IMG/VR virus record: IMGVR_UViG_2541047932_000016
Source: a virus
Lineage: Duplodnaviria; Heunggongvirae; Uroviricota; Caudoviricetes
Length of the DNA stretch: 38,453 bases
Strand: one strand, 5' to 3'
Below, one piece after another: positions 34,916 to 38,453 of the stretch (position 1 is the stretch's first letter; each line of letters opens with the position of its first letter). The position numbers and the translations under genes are program-made. The notes beneath the pieces were generated by a model that made no database searches, was not told the DNA's origin, and saw only the letters and a program-made list of their open reading frames with translations.

Positions 34916-35355
34916 ATTTTGCCCTCAGACTGGCGCGTGAGATGGGGAGGCCTGACTGGCGCGCCATGCTTGCCGGGATGACATCCACCGAATATGCCGA
35001 CTGGCGACATTTTTACCGTACGCATTATTTTCTCGATACCCAACTGGATATGCATTTTTCCGGGCTGACGTACGCCGTACTCAGCCTGTTTTTTTGCGAT
35101 CCGGATATGCATCCCTCTGATTTCAGTCTGCTTGCCCCCCGGCGTGAGGAAGCGCAGACGGAGATGCCGGATGAGGAAAAAATGCTGATGCAGAAAGCGG
35201 CAGGACTTGCCGGAGGCGTCCGGTTTGGTGGGGACGGAGGGCGTGAGATTTTATCGTCTGCGGATGTGGCGGATGTCAGCGAGGATGATGTCGCATTAAT
35301 GATGGCTTCAGCGGGGATTTCCGGAGGTGTGAGATATGTCCCAGCCGGTTGGTGA
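34484..35355 (+). CDS. GT: Tail assembly chaperone gpGT produced by -1 programmed ribosomal frameshift
   Basis: Slippery heptamer G GGA AAG at 34891-34897 in the G frame; -1 frame continues into the T ORF (...MGRPDWRAMLAGMTSTEYADWRHFY...) to stop at 35355. Confidence 0.8.
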
Positions 35356-37915
35356 TCTTGTTATTGACCTGAGTCTGGATGCGGTCCGTTTCGATGAGCA
35401 GATGAGCCGGGTAAGGCGTCATTTTTCCGGACTGGAGACTGACGCCAGAAAAACCGCCAGTGCTGTTGAACAGGGCCTGAGTCGTCAGGCGCTGGCTGCA
35501 CAAAAAGCCGGGATTTCCGTCGGGCAGTATAAAGCGGCCATGCGAACCCTGCCCGCACAGTTTACGGATATCGCCACGCAGCTTGCCGGTGGTCAGAATC
35601 CCTGGCTGATCCTGCTGCAACAGGGCGGTCAGGTGAAGGACTCCTTCGGCGGGATGATCCCCATGTTCAGGGGGCTTGCCGGTGCGATCACCCTGCCGAT
35701 GGTCGGGGTCACCTCGCTGGCGGTGGCGACAGGTGCGCTGGCGTACGCCTGGTACCAGGGGGATTCCACGCTTTCAGCGTTTAATAAAACCCTGGTTCTT
35801 TCCGGTAATCAGTCCGGACTGACTGCCGATCGCATGCTGACGCTCTCCAGAGCCGGACAGGCCGCAGGGCTGACGTTTAACCAGGCGAGTGAGTCACTGG
35901 CAGCCCTGGTGAATGCCGGTGTGCGTGGTGGTGAACAGTTTGATGCCATCAACCAGAGTGTCGCGCGTTTTGCTTCTGCATCCGGTGTGGAGGTGGACAA
36001 GGTTGCAGAGGCTTTCGGAAAACTGACCACCGACCCTACGTCGGGGCTGATTGCGATGGCGCGCCAGTTCCGTAACGTGACGGCAGAGCAGATTGCGTAT
36101 GTTGCGCAGCTGCAGCGTTCCGGTGATGAGGCCGGGGCCTTACAGGCGGCGAACGATATCGCCACGAAAGGCTTTGATGAGCAGACCCGTCGCCTGAAAG
36201 AAAACATGGGGACACTGGAGACCTGGGCGGATAAAACCGGGAAGGCATTCAAATCGATGTGGGATGCCATTCTGGATATCGGTCGTCCTGAGTCCTCAGC
36301 GGATATGCTCGCCAGTGCGCAGAAGGCATTTGATGAGGCGGATAAAAAATGGCAGTGGTACCAGAGCCGGAGCCAGCGCCGCGGTAAAACCTCCTCTTTC
36401 CGGGCCAACCTTCAGGGCGCATGGAATGACCGGGAAAATGCCCGTCTGGGGCTGGCAGCGGTCACGCTGCAGTCGGATATGGAAAAAGCCGGTGAACTGG
36501 CCGCCAGGGACCGGGCCGAACGGGACGCATCACAGCTGAAGTATACCGGAGAGGCGCAGAAGGCGTATGAGCGTCTGCTGACGCCGCTGGAGAAATATAC
36601 CGCCCGTCAGGAAGAACTGAATAAGGCACTGAAAGACGGGAAAATCCTGCAGGCAGATTACAACACGCTGATGGCGGCGGCGAAAAAGGACTATGAAGCG
36701 ACGCTGAAAAAGCCGAAACAGTCCGGCGTGAAGGTGTCTGCGGGCGATCGTCAGGAAGACAGTGCTCATGCTGCCCTGCTGACGCTTCAGGCAGAACTCC
36801 GGATGCTGGAGAAGCATGCCGGAGCGAATGAGAAAATCAGCCAGCAGCGTCGCGATTTATGGAAAGCGGAAAATCAGTATGCGGTCCTGAAAGAGGCAAC
36901 CACGAAACGGCAGTTATCTGAGCAGGAAAAATCCCTGCTGACCCATGAGAAAGAGACGCTGGAGTACAAACGCCAGCTGGCTGAGCTGGGAGACAAAGTT
37001 GAACACCAGAAACGGCTGAATGAGCTGGCACAGCAGGCTGCGCGGTTTGAGCAGCAGCAGGGCGCGAAGCAGGCGGCCATCAGCGCAAAAGCCCGCGGCC
37101 TCACCGACCGTCAGGCGCAGCGGGAGTCGGAAGAGCAGCGCCTTCGTGACGTGTACGGTGATAATCCGGATGCGCTGGCGAAGGCCACATCTGCACTGAA
37201 GAACACCTGGTCTGCGGAGGAGCAGCTTCGTGGAAGCTGGATGGCCGGTCTGAAGTCCGGCTGGGGCGAGTGGGCAGAAAGTGCGACGGACAGTTTTTCG
37301 CAGGTTAAAAGCGTGGCCACGCAGACCTTTGACGGTATTGCACAGAATATGGCAGCGATGCTGACCGGCAGCGAACAGAACTGGCGTGGTTTCACCCGTT
37401 CTGTGCTCTCCATGCTGACAGAGATTTTTCTGAAGCAGGCAATGGTGGGGATTGTCGGGAGTATCGGCAGCGCCATTGGCGGTGCTTTCGGTGGTGGTGC
37501 GTCTGCCTCCACGGGGACGGCCATTCAGGCTGCGGCGGCGAACTTCCATTTCGCGACCGGGGGATTTACGGGGACGGGGGGTAAATATGAACCTGCGGGA
37601 ATTGTTCATCGCGGGGAGTTTGTCTTCACGAAGGAGGCAACCAGCCGGATTGGCGTCGGCAACCTGTATCGTCTGATGCGCGGGTATGCGGAAGGTGGTT
37701 ATGTGGGCGGTGCCGGAAGTCCGGCGCAGATGCGGCGGACGGAAGGCATTAATTTTAATCAGAACAATCACGTGGTGATTCAGAACGACGGCTCCAACGG
37801 ACAGGCGGGGCCGCAGCTGATGAAGGCGGTGTATGACATGGCCCGCAAGGGGGCGCAGGATGAGATTCAGGCGCAGATGCGTGATGGCGGCGTCTTTTCC
37901 GGAGGCAGGCGATGA
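35336..37915 (+). CDS. H: Tail tape measure protein gpH
   Basis: 859 aa; long stretches near-identical to lambda H (GISVGQYKAAMR.LPAQFTD.ATQLAGGQ.PWLILLQQGGQVKDSFGGMIPMFRGLAGAITLPMVG...). Confidence 0.92.
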   Translation: MSQPVGDLVIDLSLDAVRFDEQMSRVRRHFSGLETDARKTASAVEQGLSRQALAAQKAGISVGQYKAAMRTLPAQFTDIATQLAGGQNPWLILLQQGGQVKDSFGGMIPMFRGLAGAITLPMVGVTSLAVATGALAYAWYQGDSTLSAFNKTLVLSGNQSGLTADRMLTLSRAGQAAGLTFNQASESLAALVNAGVRGGEQFDAINQSVARFASASGVEVDKVAEAFGKLTTDPTSGLIAMARQFRNVTAEQIAYVAQLQRSGDEAGALQAANDIATKGFDEQTRRLKENMGTLETWADKTGKAFKSMWDAILDIGRPESSADMLASAQKAFDEADKKWQWYQSRSQRRGKTSSFRANLQGAWNDRENARLGLAAVTLQSDMEKAGELAARDRAERDASQLKYTGEAQKAYERLLTPLEKYTARQEELNKALKDGKILQADYNTLMAAAKKDYEATLKKPKQSGVKVSAGDRQEDSAHAALLTLQAELRMLEKHAGANEKISQQRRDLWKAENQYAVLKEATTKRQLSEQEKSLLTHEKETLEYKRQLAELGDKVEHQKRLNELAQQAARFEQQQGAKQAAISAKARGLTDRQAQRESEEQRLRDVYGDNPDALAKATSALKNTWSAEEQLRGSWMAGLKSGWGEWAESATDSFSQVKSVATQTFDGIAQNMAAMLTGSEQNWRGFTRSVLSMLTEIFLKQAMVGIVGSIGSAIGGAFGGGASASTGTAIQAAAANFHFATGGFTGTGGKYEPAGIVHRGEFVFTKEATSRIGVGNLYRLMRGYAEGGYVGGAGSPAQMRRTEGINFNQNNHVVIQNDGSNGQAGPQLMKAVYDMARKGAQDEIQAQMRDGGVFSGGRR

Positions 37916-38241
37916 AAACCTTTCGCTGGAAAGTGAAGCCGGATATGGAGGTGAACTCGCAGCCATCGGTGCGTGAAGTGCGTTTTGGTGACGGGTATTC
38001 GCAGCGTATGGCGGCGGGGCTGAATGCTGACCTGAAAACATACCGTGTGACGCTTTCCGTGACCCGGGAGGAGGCCCGGCATCTGGAAGCGTTCCTGGCA
38101 GAGCACGGAGGCTGGAAGGCATTTTTGTGGAAGCCACCCTATGCATACCGGCAGATAAAGGTGACCTGTGCCGGGTGGTCTGCGCGGGTCGGGATGTTGC
38201 GCGTTGAGTTCAGCGCGGAGTTTAAGCAGGTGGTGAACTGA
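37912..38241 (+). CDS. M: Minor tail protein gpM
   Basis: 109 aa, same size and position as lambda M. Confidence 0.85.
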   Translation: MKTFRWKVKPDMEVNSQPSVREVRFGDGYSQRMAAGLNADLKTYRVTLSVTREEARHLEAFLAEHGGWKAFLWKPPYAYRQIKVTCAGWSARVGMLRVEFSAEFKQVVN

Positions 38242-38453
38242 TGCAGGATATTCACGAAGAAAGCCTGAACGAGTCGGTTAAATCAGAGCAGTCACCGCGG
38301 GTGGTGCTCTGGGAAATTGACCTGACGGTGCAGGGTGGTGAGCGGTATTTTTTCTGCAATGCGCTGAATGAAAAAGGGGAGGCGGTTACCTGGCAGGGGC
38401 GGCAATATCAGGCATACCCGATTGACGGCAGTGGCTTTGAGATGAACGGGAAG
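38241..38453 (+). CDS. L: Minor tail protein gpL (3' truncated by window end)
   Basis: MQDIHEESLNESVKSEQSPRVVLWEIDLTVQGGERYFFCNALNEKGEAVTWQGRQYQAYPIDGSGFEMNGK aligns with the lambda L N-terminus; ATG overlaps M stop. Confidence 0.88.
   Translation, partial: MQDIHEESLNESVKSEQSPRVVLWEIDLTVQGGERYFFCNALNEKGEAVTWQGRQYQAYPIDGSGFEMNGK

Noticed and set aside
33811-35112. 433-aa minus-strand ORF across the V, G and T genes
   Set aside because: Antisense to genes that align residue-by-residue with lambda V/G/T; Arg/Cys-rich low-complexity translation typical of spurious frames.
36914-38146. 410-aa minus-strand ORF, and 35809-36408 minus and 37111-37524 minus, inside the tape-measure gene
   Set aside because: Antisense to gpH, which is near-identical to lambda H; translations are Pro/Arg/Ala-rich artefacts of GC-rich sequence.
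1-38453. Looked for CRISPR arrays, IS elements/transposases, rRNA genes and stx toxin genes
   Set aside because: No regularly spaced direct repeats with spacers, no transposase-like ORFs or terminal inverted repeats, no rRNA-like sequence, and no Stx A/B-like ORFs between the tRNAs and nanS-p.

Overview
This 38.5 kb window is the left ~80% of a lambda-like (lambdoid) enterobacterial prophage in integrated gene order. It runs from the integrase at the left edge (attL must lie just outside the window) through xis, a non-Red recombination region, a dicB/DicF/ydfD cassette, a CI/Cro-type immunity switch with a PaaA2-ParE2-like toxin-antitoxin pair, a YdaS/YdaT/YdaU/DnaC-like replication module, a nin-like region (DUF4406, HNH, ParD-ParE, DUF968, RusA), antiterminator Q, a moron block (small putative DNA-binding protein, AraC-family regulator, three tRNAs, NanS-p-like esterase), the lysis cassette, an internal lambda-type cos site, and lambda-like head and tail genes Nu1 through L (L is cut by the window end). 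The early region resembles Qin/Rac-type prophages while the structural genes are close to lambda. All family assignments come from reading the translations against remembered family sequences; no database search was run. The most interesting unexplained structures are: a translationally coupled 50-aa plus 216-aa gene pair at the lambda N/sieB position downstream of a putative PL-like promoter; a 329-aa gene inserted between holin and endolysin; four small hydrophobic peptide ORFs (two clearly paralogous) between endolysin and Rz; a two-regulator moron after Q; and a one-nucleotide frameshift in the gpFII homolog. No CRISPR array, IS element, rRNA or stx gene was found.
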